Position numbers and translations under genes: made by a program
Part shown: in pieces, positions 39,289 through 50,502 of the stretch
Position numbering within the stretch: position 1 is the stretch's first letter
How the letters are laid out: each line of letters opens with the position of its first letter
Assembly: GCA_963828465.1 (NCBI GenBank)
Contig: CAWHEU010000029.1
Location: 26,825 to 90,824 of the forward strand
Source: an uncultured Acidobacteriota bacterium
Lineage (GTDB): Bacteria; Actinomycetota; Acidimicrobiia; Spongiisociales; ZC4RG35
Direction: 5' to 3'
Length of the DNA stretch: 64,000 bases
The notes under the pieces: generated by a model
What the model was told of the DNA's origin: nothing
Seen by the model: the letters and a program-made list of their open reading frames with translations, nothing else
The model's database searches: none

Positions 39289-40812
39289 ATGAGACGCTCT
39301 CTCCGAAGGCTTGTCGTTCTGGCAAGCATCTTCGCCCTGCTCGGAGCGACGGTACCGGTGGCATCGGCCGCCCCGGCAGCATGCGAGAACAGGAACAACA
39401 ACACAATTGCCAAGCTCCTCGAGTGTGTGGACGTCGAAGGCGTCCGGGATCACCAGGCGGCATTCCAGGCGATCGCCGATGCCAACGGCGGCACCCGTGC
39501 GGCGGGCACACCGGGCTACGAAGCTTCGGTGGATTATGTGGTGGAGAGGATGGAGGCGGCCGGCTACACGGTCACCTTGGACGAGTTCCCCTTCACCTTC
39601 TTCCCGCCCCCGACCCTACAGCAGACGGCACCGATCACGGCAACCTACGAGACCGGAGTTTTCACCGGAAGTGGGTTCGGGACCGTCGCCGGGAACGTGA
39701 TCCCGGTCGACCTCAATCTGACACCGCCACACGATCCGGTCACGAGTGGATGTGAGGCGTCCGACTTCACCGGTTTCGGCGGGTCGGCGGACATCGCACT
39801 AATTCAGCGGGGCACTTGCACCTTTGCAGAGAAGGCGGTGAACGCACAGACAGCCGGAGCCGAGGCGGTGATCATCTTCAACCAGGGCAACACGCCACAA
39901 CGTGAAGCGTTGATCGTCGGCACTGCGGCGTTTCTGCCCAATGGTGACCCGAGCAACCTGACGATCCCTGTCGTCGGCGCTTCGTTCGCCGATGGGGCCG
40001 CCCTGGCACAGGCGGGCTCGACCGCCCTCGTCGACGTCGACCCTCCGATCCAAACGACCCAGGTGAACGTCCTCGCCGAGAAGACCGGCAAGAACGACTC
40101 CAACGTGGTGATGGCCGGAGCCCATCTCGACAGCGTGCAGGCAGGTCCCGGGATCAATGACAACGGGTCGGGATCGGCAGCTCTCCTCGAAGTGGCGGAG
40201 CAAATGGCCAAGGTCAAACCGCAGAACACACTCAGGTTCGCCTGGTGGGGAGCGGAGGAGTCGGGTCTGGTCGGGTCTACTGCCTACGTGGCCGGGTTGG
40301 CGCAGGCTGAGCTCGACGAAATAGCCGCGTACTTGAACTTCGACATGGTCGGCTCGCCGAACCATGTGTTCTTCATCTACGACGGTGACAACTCGGACGG
40401 CGTTGGGGCTCCTGCCGGCCCGATGGGATCCGCCCAGATCGAGGACAAATTCGAGGAGTTCTTCGCCTCTCGTGACATCGCCACTTTGGGCACCGACTTC
40501 GACGGCCGGTCCGACTACGGGCCGTTCATCGCAACCGGAATCCCGGCAGGTGGGTTGTTCACGGGCGCCGAGGGGATCAAGACCGCGGCGCAGGCAGCGG
40601 AACCCGATTGGGGAGGGACCGCCGGTCAGCAGTACGACCCCTGCTACCACCTGGTCTGCGACACCTTCGGCAATGTGAACTTGTTCGCCCTCGACACCAA
40701 CTCCGATGCCATCGCCTATGCGACATTGAGCTTTGCGATGAGCACCGAGTTGATCAACGGCGAGAAGAGCAAAGGCAACTTCAGGCCCGAGGAGCAAGCC
40801 CCAGCTGCATAG
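39289..40812 (+). CDS. Secreted M28 aminopeptidase with PA domain
   Basis: Signal peptide; GAHLDSV, GINDNGSG, WGAEESGL, NFDMVG, RSDYGPF and DPCYH. Confidence 0.93.
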   Translation: MRRSLRRLVVLASIFALLGATVPVASAAPAACENRNNNTIAKLLECVDVEGVRDHQAAFQAIADANGGTRAAGTPGYEASVDYVVERMEAAGYTVTLDEFPFTFFPPPTLQQTAPITATYETGVFTGSGFGTVAGNVIPVDLNLTPPHDPVTSGCEASDFTGFGGSADIALIQRGTCTFAEKAVNAQTAGAEAVIIFNQGNTPQREALIVGTAAFLPNGDPSNLTIPVVGASFADGAALAQAGSTALVDVDPPIQTTQVNVLAEKTGKNDSNVVMAGAHLDSVQAGPGINDNGSGSAALLEVAEQMAKVKPQNTLRFAWWGAEESGLVGSTAYVAGLAQAELDEIAAYLNFDMVGSPNHVFFIYDGDNSDGVGAPAGPMGSAQIEDKFEEFFASRDIATLGTDFDGRSDYGPFIATGIPAGGLFTGAEGIKTAAQAAEPDWGGTAGQQYDPCYHLVCDTFGNVNLFALDTNSDAIAYATLSFAMSTELINGEKSKGNFRPEEQAPAA

Positions 40813-40828
40813 ACGGGTTAGACAAGAG

Positions 40829-40860
40829 TGAGAAAAGGCCCCGGATCGGGGCCTTTTCTC
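40829..40860. terminator. Bidirectional intrinsic terminator
   Basis: GAGAAAAGGCCCCG/CGGGGCCTTTTCTC inverted repeat between convergent genes. Confidence 0.85.
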
Positions 40861-40865
40861 TTCGT

Positions 40866-41027
40866 TCAGCGGGTTTCGCGATGCACGGTGTGCTGACGAC
40901 ACCACCGGCAGTATTTCTTCATCTCGAGACGGTCGGGCGTATTGGTCTTGTTCTTGGTGGTGACGTAGTTGCGACGCTTGCACTCGGTGCAGGCGAGCGT
41001 CAACGGCGGTCTCTTATCGCTTGGCAT
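40866..41027 (-). CDS. rpmG: 50S ribosomal protein L33, Zn-binding form (not in the ORF track)
   Basis: [53 protein letters not shown]. Confidence 0.95.
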   Translation of the reverse strand: MPSDKRPPLTLACTECKRRNYVTTKNKTNTPDRLEMKKYCRWCRQHTVHRETR

Positions 41028-41036
41028 CGGTTGGCC

Positions 41037-42227
41037 TTACTTGACGATCTTTACGACTCGGCCGGCGCCGACGGTGCGGCCACCTTCTCTGATAGCAAAT
41101 CGGAGTCCTTCGTCCATGGCGATGGGTGCGATCAGTTCCACGGTCATCTCCGTATTGTCTCCGGGCATGACCATCTGAGTCCCCTCCGGCAGTTGGATGG
41201 CACCGGTCACATCGGTAGTCCGGAAATAGAACTGGGGTCGATACCCGGGGAAGAACGGGTTATGCCTGCCCCCCTCCTCCTTGGTCAGGACATAGACCTG
41301 AGCTTCGAAATCGGTATGAGGAGTAATCGACCCTGGTTTGGCCAGGACCTGACCCCGCTCCACATCATCCTTACCCACCCCACGAAGAAGAACACCCACA
41401 TTGTCGCCCGCCCGACCCTCATCGAGCAGTTTGCGGAACATTTCGATCCCGGTCGCCACCGTCTTATGAGTAGGACGGATCCCCACGATCTCCACTTCCT
41501 CATTCACCTTCAAAATCCCCTGCTCCACCCGACCAGTCACCACCGTCCCCCGACCCGTAATCGAGAACACATCCTCGATCGACATCAGAAACGGCTTTTC
41601 AGTATCCCGATCCGGCTCCGGCACATAATCATCAACAGCAGTCATCAACTCCATGATCTGATCAGAAGACGCCTCATCCCCATCCAACGCCTTCAACGCA
41701 GACCCCCGGACGACAGGAACCTCATCCCCCGGAAACTCATATTCAGTCAACAGATCCCGAACCTCCAGTTCGACCAGGTCCAACAGCTCCTCATCATCAA
41801 CCATGTCCACCTTGTTCAAAAACACGACAATCGAAGGCACCCCCACCTGACGGGCCAACAACACATGCTCCCGGGTCTGAGGCATCGGACCATCAGCCGC
41901 AGAAACCACCAGAATCGCCCCATCCACCTGCGCCGCACCCGTAATCATGTTCTTGATGTAATCAGCATGACCCGGCATATCCACATGCGCATAATGACGA
42001 GCCTCAGTCTCATACTCCACATGAGCAATCTGAATCGTGATCCCCCGCTCACGCTCCTCAGGCGCCTTATCAATCATGTCAAACGACGTCATCTGATTCG
42101 AACCACCCACCCGCTCCGACAAAACCTTCGTAATCGCAGCCGTCAACGTCGTCTTCCCATGATCAATATGACCCATCGTCCCCACATTCACATGCGGCTT
42201 CGTACGCTCAAACTTCGCCTTCGCCAT
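41037..42227 (-). CDS. tuf: Elongation factor Tu
   Basis: [29 protein letters not shown] and [13 protein letters not shown]. Confidence 0.98.
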   Translation of the reverse strand: MAKAKFERTKPHVNVGTMGHIDHGKTTLTAAITKVLSERVGGSNQMTSFDMIDKAPEERERGITIQIAHVEYETEARHYAHVDMPGHADYIKNMITGAAQVDGAILVVSAADGPMPQTREHVLLARQVGVPSIVVFLNKVDMVDDEELLDLVELEVRDLLTEYEFPGDEVPVVRGSALKALDGDEASSDQIMELMTAVDDYVPEPDRDTEKPFLMSIEDVFSITGRGTVVTGRVEQGILKVNEEVEIVGIRPTHKTVATGIEMFRKLLDEGRAGDNVGVLLRGVGKDDVERGQVLAKPGSITPHTDFEAQVYVLTKEEGGRHNPFFPGYRPQFYFRTTDVTGAIQLPEGTQMVMPGDNTEMTVELIAPIAMDEGLRFAIREGGRTVGAGRVVKIVK

Positions 42228-42290
42228 CGGGTGGCTCCTGTCCTCTTCTCGGTTCTTCGGCCGCCGCAGCCTACGCCACGGCCCTGGATG

Positions 42291-42364
42291 TAGCGGCGGG
42301 CAGACTCGAACTGCCGACCTCTCGATTATGAGTCGAGCGCTCTCACCAACTGAGCTACGCCGCC
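42291..42364 (-). tRNA. tRNA with CAT anticodon (Met elongator or Ile2)
   Basis: Cloverleaf GGCGGCG...CGCCGCT; anticodon loop CTCATAA. Confidence 0.9.
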
Positions 42365-42394
42365 TCGGTGCGAGCGGTTCCTCCGCTCGCTCAG

Positions 42395-42467
<73 letters not shown>

Positions 42468-42494
42468 GTTGAGTTGTCAGGCGCCTGGCGCCCG

Positions 42495-42577
42495 TGCCGG
42501 GAGAAGGATTCGAACCTCCGTAGGCGTCAGCCGGCAGATTTACAGTCTGCTCCCTTTGGCCGCTCGGGCATCCCGGC
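42495..42577 (-). tRNA. tRNA-Tyr (GTA)
   Basis: GCCGGGA...TCCCGGC; anticodon loop CTGTAAA; long variable arm. Confidence 0.93.
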
Positions 42578-42659
42578 ATGCCAGAACCGCACGCCGAAAG
42601 ACGCTCGGTTCGGGATGTGCAATGTTACAAGGCGCTCAGGCCCTCTACCAACCTGCCGG

Positions 42660-43508
42660 TTATCGGACGCCCTGAGCCATCATCGTGAGCCGCTCGATCC
42701 GCTCCTCGGTGGGCGGGTGGGTGCTCAGCAGCTTCATCATCCCGCCACCACGAACCGCCTTCATCGGGTTGTCGATGAAGAGCTGGGCAGTGGCCGGGTT
42801 GACGTTCATCGGGATCCGTGCGGTCCCGGCAGAGATCTTCTCGAGGGCGCTGGCCAGCATCATCGGGCGCCCGGTTGTCTCCGCACCGGTGGCGTCGGCC
42901 TGGAACTCCCGCGTCCGGGAGATGGCCATACGGATCAGCATCGCCGCGATAGGGGCAACGATCAGGGAGAGAATGGCGCCGATTGCCCCGAGGGGGCTCT
43001 CCCGGTTGTCGCCACCTCCGAACCAGAAGGCCATACGGGCCAGCATGGTGAGGGCGGCGGCGATCATCGCCGCGATCGAGCTGATCAGGATGTCACGGTT
43101 GCTGACATGGGCCAGCTCATGGGCCAGCACCCCCTCCAACTCGTCGACCGTGAGGATCTCGAGGATTCCCGTGGTGACCGCGACCGCCGCCTTCTTCGGC
43201 GACCGGCCGGTGGCGAAGGCGTTTGGCTGCGGTGAATCGATGATGTAGATGCGGGGCTCCGGCATGTTCTTCTGCAGCGCCAGACGCCTGACGATTGCGT
43301 AGACCTGAGGCAGCTCCTCCTCGGTCACTGGGCGTGCCCGGCTCGCGGCCAGAGCGAGCTTGTCCGAGAAGAAGTAGGCGAGCAGGTTGAAACCGACCGC
43401 GATCAACAGCCCTATGACGAAGCCACCTTCGGGGAAGAGGGCGTAGGCAACCAACCACAACAGGGTTGTCATGAAGGCGAGCAAGCCGACCGTCTTCAGA
43501 TTGTTCAT
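42660..43508 (-). CDS. htpX: Zinc metalloprotease HtpX (M48)
   Basis: PNAFATGR, HELAHV, ISRTREFQAD and STHPPTEERI. Confidence 0.95.
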   Translation of the reverse strand: MNNLKTVGLLAFMTTLLWLVAYALFPEGGFVIGLLIAVGFNLLAYFFSDKLALAASRARPVTEEELPQVYAIVRRLALQKNMPEPRIYIIDSPQPNAFATGRSPKKAAVAVTTGILEILTVDELEGVLAHELAHVSNRDILISSIAAMIAAALTMLARMAFWFGGGDNRESPLGAIGAILSLIVAPIAAMLIRMAISRTREFQADATGAETTGRPMMLASALEKISAGTARIPMNVNPATAQLFIDNPMKAVRGGGMMKLLSTHPPTEERIERLTMMAQGVR

Positions 43509-43671
43509 GGCCCCGATTTTACGCCCCCCGATGTGATAGCCGCGAGCCATTCCGGGGTATGGACTGGCCAGTGGCATTGCCCACGCATGGTGGTGTAGGG
43601 TCCCTGATCGTGGGGTCCTGCCTTTTGGGCTAGTTCGCCAGGGAGGCGTAACAAGTCAAGGAGGAGAGAAG

Positions 43672-46600
43672 TTGAGAAAGAGACTTCTCGTCGTCGCGGT
43701 CGCCCTGGCCGCACTGTTCGCGACCGTCCTCCCGGTGGGAGCCGGTCCACTCTCATCGGGTACCAATCAAACGTCGGCTGATCGGGCTCCCTACATAGTG
43801 CTCATGGCCGGTGAGCCGGTGATCGCTTACGAGGGCGGAGTGCCCGGACTCGCCGGCACCGCACCCCCAGCCGGCGAGAAGGTGAACCGCAACTCGGCGG
43901 CAGTCAGGGCATACCAGAGCCACCTGCACACTCAGCACGTCGAAGCGGTCGCAGGCGCCGGTGTCTCTTCGTCGGCGATCCTGATCGACTATGAGTTCGC
44001 TCTGAACGGGTTTGCTGCAGCACTCACTCCTGCCGAAGCCGAGAAGCTGGCTGCACAAAAGGATGTCATCTCCGTCGTCCCCGATGAGCTACGCCAACTT
44101 CACACCGACACCTCACCGGACTTCTTGGGCTTGACCGATGGCGGCGGCGCCTGGGACTCGGGTATAACGGGAGAGGGCGTCGTGATCGGTGTCATCGACA
44201 CCGGTATTTGGCCAGAGCATCCCTCTTTTGCCGACGACGGTTCGTATGCGGCACCACCGATCTCCATCGACGACATCGACGTCGATCCCGACCCTGCTAA
44301 CGAGGTCATCCTTCCTGGGTGCGATTTCGGTGACACCGCCCACAATCCGGATGACCTCGCATTCGACTGCAACAACAAGTTGATTGGCGCCCGCGACATG
44401 CGCACGCTGTACAACGAGTTCATCGGCCCGGAGCTGTACAACTCGGCTCGGGATCCCGATGGTCACGGCACTCACACGGCAAGCACCGCGGGAGGCAACG
44501 CCGATGTCCCCGCGCAGATCTTCGGCATAGACCGCGGCATCATCTCCGGGCTCGCGCACCGGTCCCATATCGCCTCCTACAAGGCATGCGGCGATCAGGG
44601 TTGCTTCACGGGTGACACTGCAGATGCCATCGACCAAGCCGTTGCCGACGGTGTCGACGTGATCAATTACTCGATCGGAAGCGACACACCTGGTCTGACC
44701 GGCGCAGACGACATCGCCTTCCTGTTCGCGGCCGATGCCGGGGTTCACGTGGCAACTTCGGCCGGGAACGCCGGTCCCGACCCATCCACGGTCGGCGCCC
44801 CGGCCTCGGTGCCGTGGGTCACGTCGGTGGGAGCCAGCCACCACGACCGGGCCTTCCAGGGAACCGTGGTTTTGGGTGATGGCTCGGAATTCTTCGGCGC
44901 CTCGGTGACGCCCGGGGTGGGTACAGCCGAAATTGTCGATGCAGCCGATCTACGGAACGAGGCCTGTGATCCCGCAGTCAGGTTCAGACCGGCCCCGAGA
45001 GACCAGATCGTTCTCTGCAAGGGCGCAACTGGAAGGGCGGCGAAGAGCCACGCCGTGCTCGACGCGGGCGGGGTAGGGATGATCCTCTACAACGACTTCC
45101 CGAACCAGACGCTGCCCTCTGACAACCACTTCGTGCCCACGGTGCACGTCAGCAACGCCGACGGGCTCGCCATCAAGGCGTACATCGATTCCACCCCTCC
45201 CAATCAGGATCCAGAGGCGGAGATCATCGGCGGGGTCACCGCAACCAGGCAAGGATCGTTCATGGCGTACTTCTCGTCACGTGGTCCAGTCGGGTTGCCC
45301 GCCTCTCCCGACATCATCAAGCCGGACGTAACCGCGCCAGGTCAACAGATCCTGGCGGGGAACTCGCCGGCCGAGGGGTTCGATGTTGGCGGGGAGCTGT
45401 TCCAGGCGATACAGGGCACGTCGATGTCGAGCCCTCACGGGGCCGGCTTGTTCGCCTTGCTCAAGCAGGCCCACCCTGACTGGTCGGCGGCCGCGGCCAA
45501 GTCGGCGATGATGACCACGGCCAGACAGGATGTCACCAAGGAGGACGCAACCACGCCTGCCGATCCGTTCGACATGGGAGCGGGGCACGTCGATCCGAGT
45601 GGCCCGGCAGACGCAGCCAACTCGATGTTCAACCCCGGCATCGTGTACGACGCCGGCTTCAACGAGTATCTGGGTTTCCTGTGCGACGCGGCGCCGGAAG
45701 TGTTCGCAAATCCCACGGCTACCTGTGCCTCTCTCGATGCGGCTGGGATCCCGATCGAGGCGGAGAACCTCAACTACCCATCAATCGGAGCGTCCGGAGT
45801 GCCGGGGACGCTCACCGTGGAACGTACCGTCACCAACGTGTCCGGCGGGAGACTGCGGCTGAATGCCGTGGTCGAGGAGCCGAGCGGTTATGACGTGACG
45901 GTCAGCCCGGCGCGTCTGACGATCCCGGCGGGACAGAGCCGCACCTTCGAAGTCACTTTCGACAACGTGAGTGGCCCGGTCGGAGAGTTCCGGTTCGGAT
46001 CCTTGACCTGGGAAGGCCAGGGCTTCTCCGCCCGGAGCCCGATCGCGGTGGCCGCCTCACAGTTGGACTCACCCGAAGCCGTGACCGGAACGGGTGTCGA
46101 AGGCACGGCCTCTTTCGACATCACCTTCGGTTATGAAGGTGAGTACGACGCAACCGCTCATGGGTTGGCGGCCGATGTGCCGATTGTCGGGTCGGTCGAC
46201 CAGGACCCGGACCAGGTCTTCGACCCGAGTGACGCCACCGGGACGACTGCTCACGACTTCACATTGAGCAACACGGCCTTCTTCAGGCTCACCCTCAACA
46301 CTGAAGACCTGACGCCACCGGACGAGGCCATCGACATCGACCTGTACCTGTACAAGGACGGGGAGTTGGTAGCCAGCTCGACGGCGGGCAGCACGGTCGA
46401 GCAGATCGAGCTGACCCAGCCCGAGGACGGCACCTACACCCTCTTCGTGCACGGTTGGCAAACCACCGGTGTGCCCGTCGGCTATCAGATCCACACCTGG
46501 GATGTCCCTTTGGCTGCCGATGCAGGATCGCTCAGCATCGTGACTGAGCCGCCCGACGCAGTCCTCGGTGCGACCGAGACCATCGTGGCTGAATGGTCAG

Positions 46601-46696
46601 GTTTGGAGCCTGGGACCAACTACCTGGGCGCGGTCGGTCACAACGATGGTGATGGGTCTGTTCGATCTCACCCTGGTCGAGGTCAGCACCGGCTAA
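43672..46696 (+). CDS. Secreted S8 subtilase (I9 propeptide, PA, Fn3-like and C-terminal domains), copy 1; +1 frameshift near 46655
   Basis: Signal peptide; IDTGIWPEHPSF, HGTHTAST and GTSMSSPH; true C-terminus LFDLTLVEVSTG* matches the paralog end. Confidence 0.9.
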
Positions 46697-46717
46697 CTAC
46701 TGCCCTTGCAATGGGCG

Positions 46718-46746
46718 TGGAGGGGCGTCTCGAGACGCCCCTCCAC
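46718..46746. terminator. Intrinsic terminator / inverted repeat
   Basis: GTGGAGGGGCGTCT/AGACGCCCCTCCAC between convergent genes. Confidence 0.7.
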
Positions 46747-46749
46747 TAC

Positions 46750-47202
46750 TCACTCGTTGAATCCGGGAGGAGGGACCATCTCGTGGCCGCCGTCCTTGTC
46801 TTCGGAGGGGCAGAGGAAAGGCTCGCCGTCATCACCGGCGTGATAGACGTAAACCCGGTCATCGTGGCCGAGCACGACCTTGGAGCCGTCAACAAGGGCT
46901 TGTGTGTATGACATCCCCGGCTCCGGGCAACCCAAACTGCCGTCAGGCCAGGTGACCTCTTCGGCGGATATGACTTCCAGGTCGTCGGGCTCGACCCCAA
47001 GACGCCGGGCGAGATCGGCTCGGGCCGGGTTGACGATCGGAAGCTGTTGCTGCTCACTGGTGGGCATAGTGGTGGTCTCGTTCCCTGTCGTCGTTGTCGC
47101 CGTTGCCGGCGTGGTGGTCTCGGCCGCCGTCGGCAAATCGCTGCCGGAGGCGCATGCCGCCAGCACGGTGGCAAGGGCGGCGAGACCAGTTCTGAATCGC
47201 AT
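46750..47202 (-). CDS. Lipoprotein with VTWPDGSLGCP..GMSYTQAL motif
   Basis: Lipobox LAAC; Thr-rich linker; compact Cys-containing domain. Confidence 0.8.
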   Translation of the reverse strand: MRFRTGLAALATVLAACASGSDLPTAAETTTPATATTTTGNETTTMPTSEQQQLPIVNPARADLARRLGVEPDDLEVISAEEVTWPDGSLGCPEPGMSYTQALVDGSKVVLGHDDRVYVYHAGDDGEPFLCPSEDKDGGHEMVPPPGFNE

Positions 47203-47376
47203 GGTTCTCGTCATCAAAGATAGGACGCCGGCAGGGCTGTGCCGGTTCCCCCGCCCTCTTGTCGCATTTCCAGAGAGTCGTGTATGGTCGTCGGACTTGG
47301 TACTCGGGGCTATCCAATTCAAGGAGGGCGCATCGTCCATGACGGTGCAAATTGGACAACCTGGAGGAGACCCTGC

Positions 47377-50300
47377 GTGAGCCGCAAGCTGCTGATTGCC
47401 CTGGCTGCCCTGGCCACGGCTCTTGCCACCGCCATCCCGGCTGGAGCCGGCCCGGTAGAAATCGCCGCCCAGACCGACAACACGGAAGCCCCCTATGTGG
47501 TGGTGATGGAGGCTGCTCCGGTCCTTGGAAACGACGAGCTTGTCTCGGAGGGGGAGGCGCCAGACCCGGGGAGTCCCGCGGTCGAGGCCTATACCGCCGA
47601 ACTGGAGACCGAAAAGGTCGAGGCTCTCGACGCCGCCGGAATCGACCAGGGCGCGTTGGTGGCCAGCTTCGAGTATGCCGCCAACGGCTTCAGTGCCGCG
47701 CTTACCCCGGCCGAGGCCGAGAGTCTGGCCGCTCAAAAGGGCGTGCTATCGGTCCAGCGGGATCAGCTACGCCAGCTCCATACGTCGCACTCCCCTGAGT
47801 TCCTCGGTCTCGACGACCGTCGCGGGGCATGGGACAGCGGGTTCACCGGCCAGGACGTCGTGATCGGTGTTATCGACACCGGGATCTGGCCCGAGCACCC
47901 GTCCTTTGCAGCTCGTCCCGACCTCGGACCGGCGGCACTGACGCTCGAGACGATCGATTTGGACCCCGATCCAACGGCGGAGCTCCTCAGCACCGGGTGC
48001 GACTTCGGGGACACAGCCCACAACCCCGACGATGCGCCATTCGAATGCAACAACAAGCTGATCGGCGCCCGGGACATGCGTTTTCTCTACGAGACGTTCA
48101 TCGGCTCCGAGACCTACGCCACCGCTCGTGATTACGACGGTCATGGTTCCCACACGGCCAGCACAGCGGCGGGCAATCCCGACATAGAAGCATCGATCTT
48201 TGGTCGTGAGTTCGGCGAGGTTTCCGGGATCGCCCCCGATGCCCAGATCGTCGCCTACAGCGCCTGCGGCAACTTGGGCTGTTTCGGTGGCGACACCGCC
48301 AGTGCTATCGACCAGGCGGTCGCCGATGGCGTGGACGTCATTAACTTCTCGATAGGAAGCGACACCCCGGGTCTCCTCGGCCCTGACGACATCGCTTTCC
48401 TCTTTGCCGCCAACGCAGGTGTCTTCGTGGCGACTTCGGCCGGAAATGCCGGCCCAGGTGCCGGCACCGTGGGCGATCCCGCCTCGGTCCCGTGGGTGAC
48501 CACCGTCGGGGCCAGCACGCAGAAGAAGACCTACGTGGCCGAGGTGCGGACGGGTGAATCCGAGATGAGCCGCTGGTCACGCTGGTTCAAGCGGGACCAG
48601 GGAGTCTACGAGGGCGCTTCCATCACGCCGGGCACCGACGGCCGGCTGCCCTTCGTCGACGCGGCGAATCACGGCAATGAGCTTTGCGACCCCGATGTGG
48701 CCTTCACTGGTGATGTGTCGGGTGCGGTGGTGCTGTGCCTCCGCGGCGGACCGGCCCGGGTCGAGAAGAGCCGGGCCGTGTTCGAGGCAGGTGGCCTGGG
48801 CATGGTGCTTTACAACGTCGATGACGTGCAGGACTTGCTGACCGACAATCACTTCGTCCCATCGGTCAACGTGAGCTTCTCCGACGGAGTGGCGATGAAG
48901 GAATACATCGCCGAGAACGGTGCTGATGCCACCGCGGAGATCACGGAGGGTGAACGGGAACGTCAGCGCGGCAACACCATGGCAGCCTTCTCGTCTCGCG
49001 GACCTGTTGGAGCCCCTGCCTCTGCCGACATCATCAAGCCGGATCTCACCGCACCCGGCGTCCAGATCCTGGCCGGCAACTCGTTGACCCCCACCCTGGG
49101 TGCTCCCGGTGAGTTGTTCCAATCCATCTCGGGCACATCGATGTCGTCACCCCACGTGGCCGGGCTGCTGGTCTTGCTCAAGCAGGCGCATCCTGACTGG
49201 TCGTCTGCCATGGCCAAGTCGGCCCTGATGACAACTGCCCGCCAGGATGTCCGCAAGGAGGACGGTTCGACTCGGGCCGATCCCTTCGACTTCGGTGCCG
49301 GTCATGTCGATCCATCAGGACGGGCTGCCTCCGACGGATCGGTTTTCAACCCAGGACTGGCCTACCACGCCCGAGCGATCGATTACGTCGCTTTCCTATG
49401 TGATACGAGCGGCGCCTTCGCGGTCCCGTTGCTCACGGGTCTCACCTGTGAGGATCTGGCCGGGGCCGGGTTGCAGACGCTGGCTACCAATCTCAACATT
49501 CCCTCGATCGGCGTCAGCGAGGTCCCCGGGGCAAAGACCGTGACCCGCACCGTCACCAATGTCTCAGACGAGGCAAATACGTATCGTGCCCGTGTCGACG
49601 AGCCACGGGGCTACGACGTCACAGTCACACCGAATCGGATCACGTTGGCACCCGGGGACACGGCAACATTCGAGGTCGCCTTCACGAACGTGAACGCCCC
49701 GATAGGTGAATGGCGGTTCGGCTCACTCTCGTGGGTGGACGGTCGCAACCGGGTGAGGAGCCCGATCGCGGTGAAGGCCGCTGCCATCGAGTTCCCCGAC
49801 TCGGTTGGCGGGACCGGCGCCGCCGGCACCGTCAGCATCCCCGTCGCCTTCGGTTACACCGGCGCCTATACCGCCGGAGCGCACGGGCTGGCCGCGGATA
49901 CGCCCATCACGGGCAGTGTGGCCCAGGATCCGGACCAGACCTTCGATCCGGCCGATCCCACCGGGACGACCGCTCACCCGATCCCGGTCACTGACGCAGC
50001 TCATCTGAGAATCACGCTCGATACGGCGGACTTGACCCCGCCCAATGCGGCCATCGACATCGACCTCTACCTCTACAACTCGGCGGGTGAGGAAGTCGCA
50101 TTTTCGGTCGCTGGTGGCACCGACGAGATCATTGAGCTGCAAGCCGAGCCGGGCTTGCCGCTGAACGACACATACACGCTGTATGTGCACGGCTGGCAGA
50201 CCACCGGTGCCACGGTGGGCTACAACCTCCACACCTGGCAGGTGCCGGCGGCGCCCGGCGGTGGATCACTGGTGATCAACGCGGCGCCAAGTTCGGCGAC

Positions 50301-50430
50301 ACAGGGAACGGTGGGGTCTGTCGACATCGGCTGGTCGGGTCTGACACCAGGGGACTACCTGGGCGCCGTATCCCATACCAGCGACACCCTCCTCGGCTAC
50401 ACCCTGGTCGAGGTAGACAACACGCCCTGA
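47377..50430 (+). CDS. Secreted S8 subtilase, copy 2
   Basis: SD GGAGGA before GTG; signal peptide; IDTGIWPEHPSF, HGSHTAST and GTSMSSPH. Confidence 0.93.
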   Translation: MSRKLLIALAALATALATAIPAGAGPVEIAAQTDNTEAPYVVVMEAAPVLGNDELVSEGEAPDPGSPAVEAYTAELETEKVEALDAAGIDQGALVASFEYAANGFSAALTPAEAESLAAQKGVLSVQRDQLRQLHTSHSPEFLGLDDRRGAWDSGFTGQDVVIGVIDTGIWPEHPSFAARPDLGPAALTLETIDLDPDPTAELLSTGCDFGDTAHNPDDAPFECNNKLIGARDMRFLYETFIGSETYATARDYDGHGSHTASTAAGNPDIEASIFGREFGEVSGIAPDAQIVAYSACGNLGCFGGDTASAIDQAVADGVDVINFSIGSDTPGLLGPDDIAFLFAANAGVFVATSAGNAGPGAGTVGDPASVPWVTTVGASTQKKTYVAEVRTGESEMSRWSRWFKRDQGVYEGASITPGTDGRLPFVDAANHGNELCDPDVAFTGDVSGAVVLCLRGGPARVEKSRAVFEAGGLGMVLYNVDDVQDLLTDNHFVPSVNVSFSDGVAMKEYIAENGADATAEITEGERERQRGNTMAAFSSRGPVGAPASADIIKPDLTAPGVQILAGNSLTPTLGAPGELFQSISGTSMSSPHVAGLLVLLKQAHPDWSSAMAKSALMTTARQDVRKEDGSTRADPFDFGAGHVDPSGRAASDGSVFNPGLAYHARAIDYVAFLCDTSGAFAVPLLTGLTCEDLAGAGLQTLATNLNIPSIGVSEVPGAKTVTRTVTNVSDEANTYRARVDEPRGYDVTVTPNRITLAPGDTATFEVAFTNVNAPIGEWRFGSLSWVDGRNRVRSPIAVKAAAIEFPDSVGGTGAAGTVSIPVAFGYTGAYTAGAHGLAADTPITGSVAQDPDQTFDPADPTGTTAHPIPVTDAAHLRITLDTADLTPPNAAIDIDLYLYNSAGEEVAFSVAGGTDEIIELQAEPGLPLNDTYTLYVHGWQTTGATVGYNLHTWQVPAAPGGGSLVINAAPSSATQGTVGSVDIGWSGLTPGDYLGAVSHTSDTLLGYTLVEVDNTP

Positions 50431-50474
50431 TGCGTACCTGAAGGTGCGCGGGCCATGCGGCTCTACGAGTACAG

Positions 50475-50502
50475 AGAAGGGAGCCCGAGAGGGCTCCCTT
50501 CT
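50475..50502. terminator. Bidirectional intrinsic terminator
   Basis: AGAAGGGAGCCC/GGGCTCCCTTCT. Confidence 0.8.

Noticed and set aside
35290-40812. Genomic island at tRNA-Trp
   Set aside because: Genes lie on the 5' side of the tRNA; no integrase, no att duplication and ordinary composition
46697-46911. C-terminal extension of S8 copy 1 as given in the ORF track
   Set aside because: Artefact of the indel near 46655; it runs through a terminator and into the antisense lipoprotein
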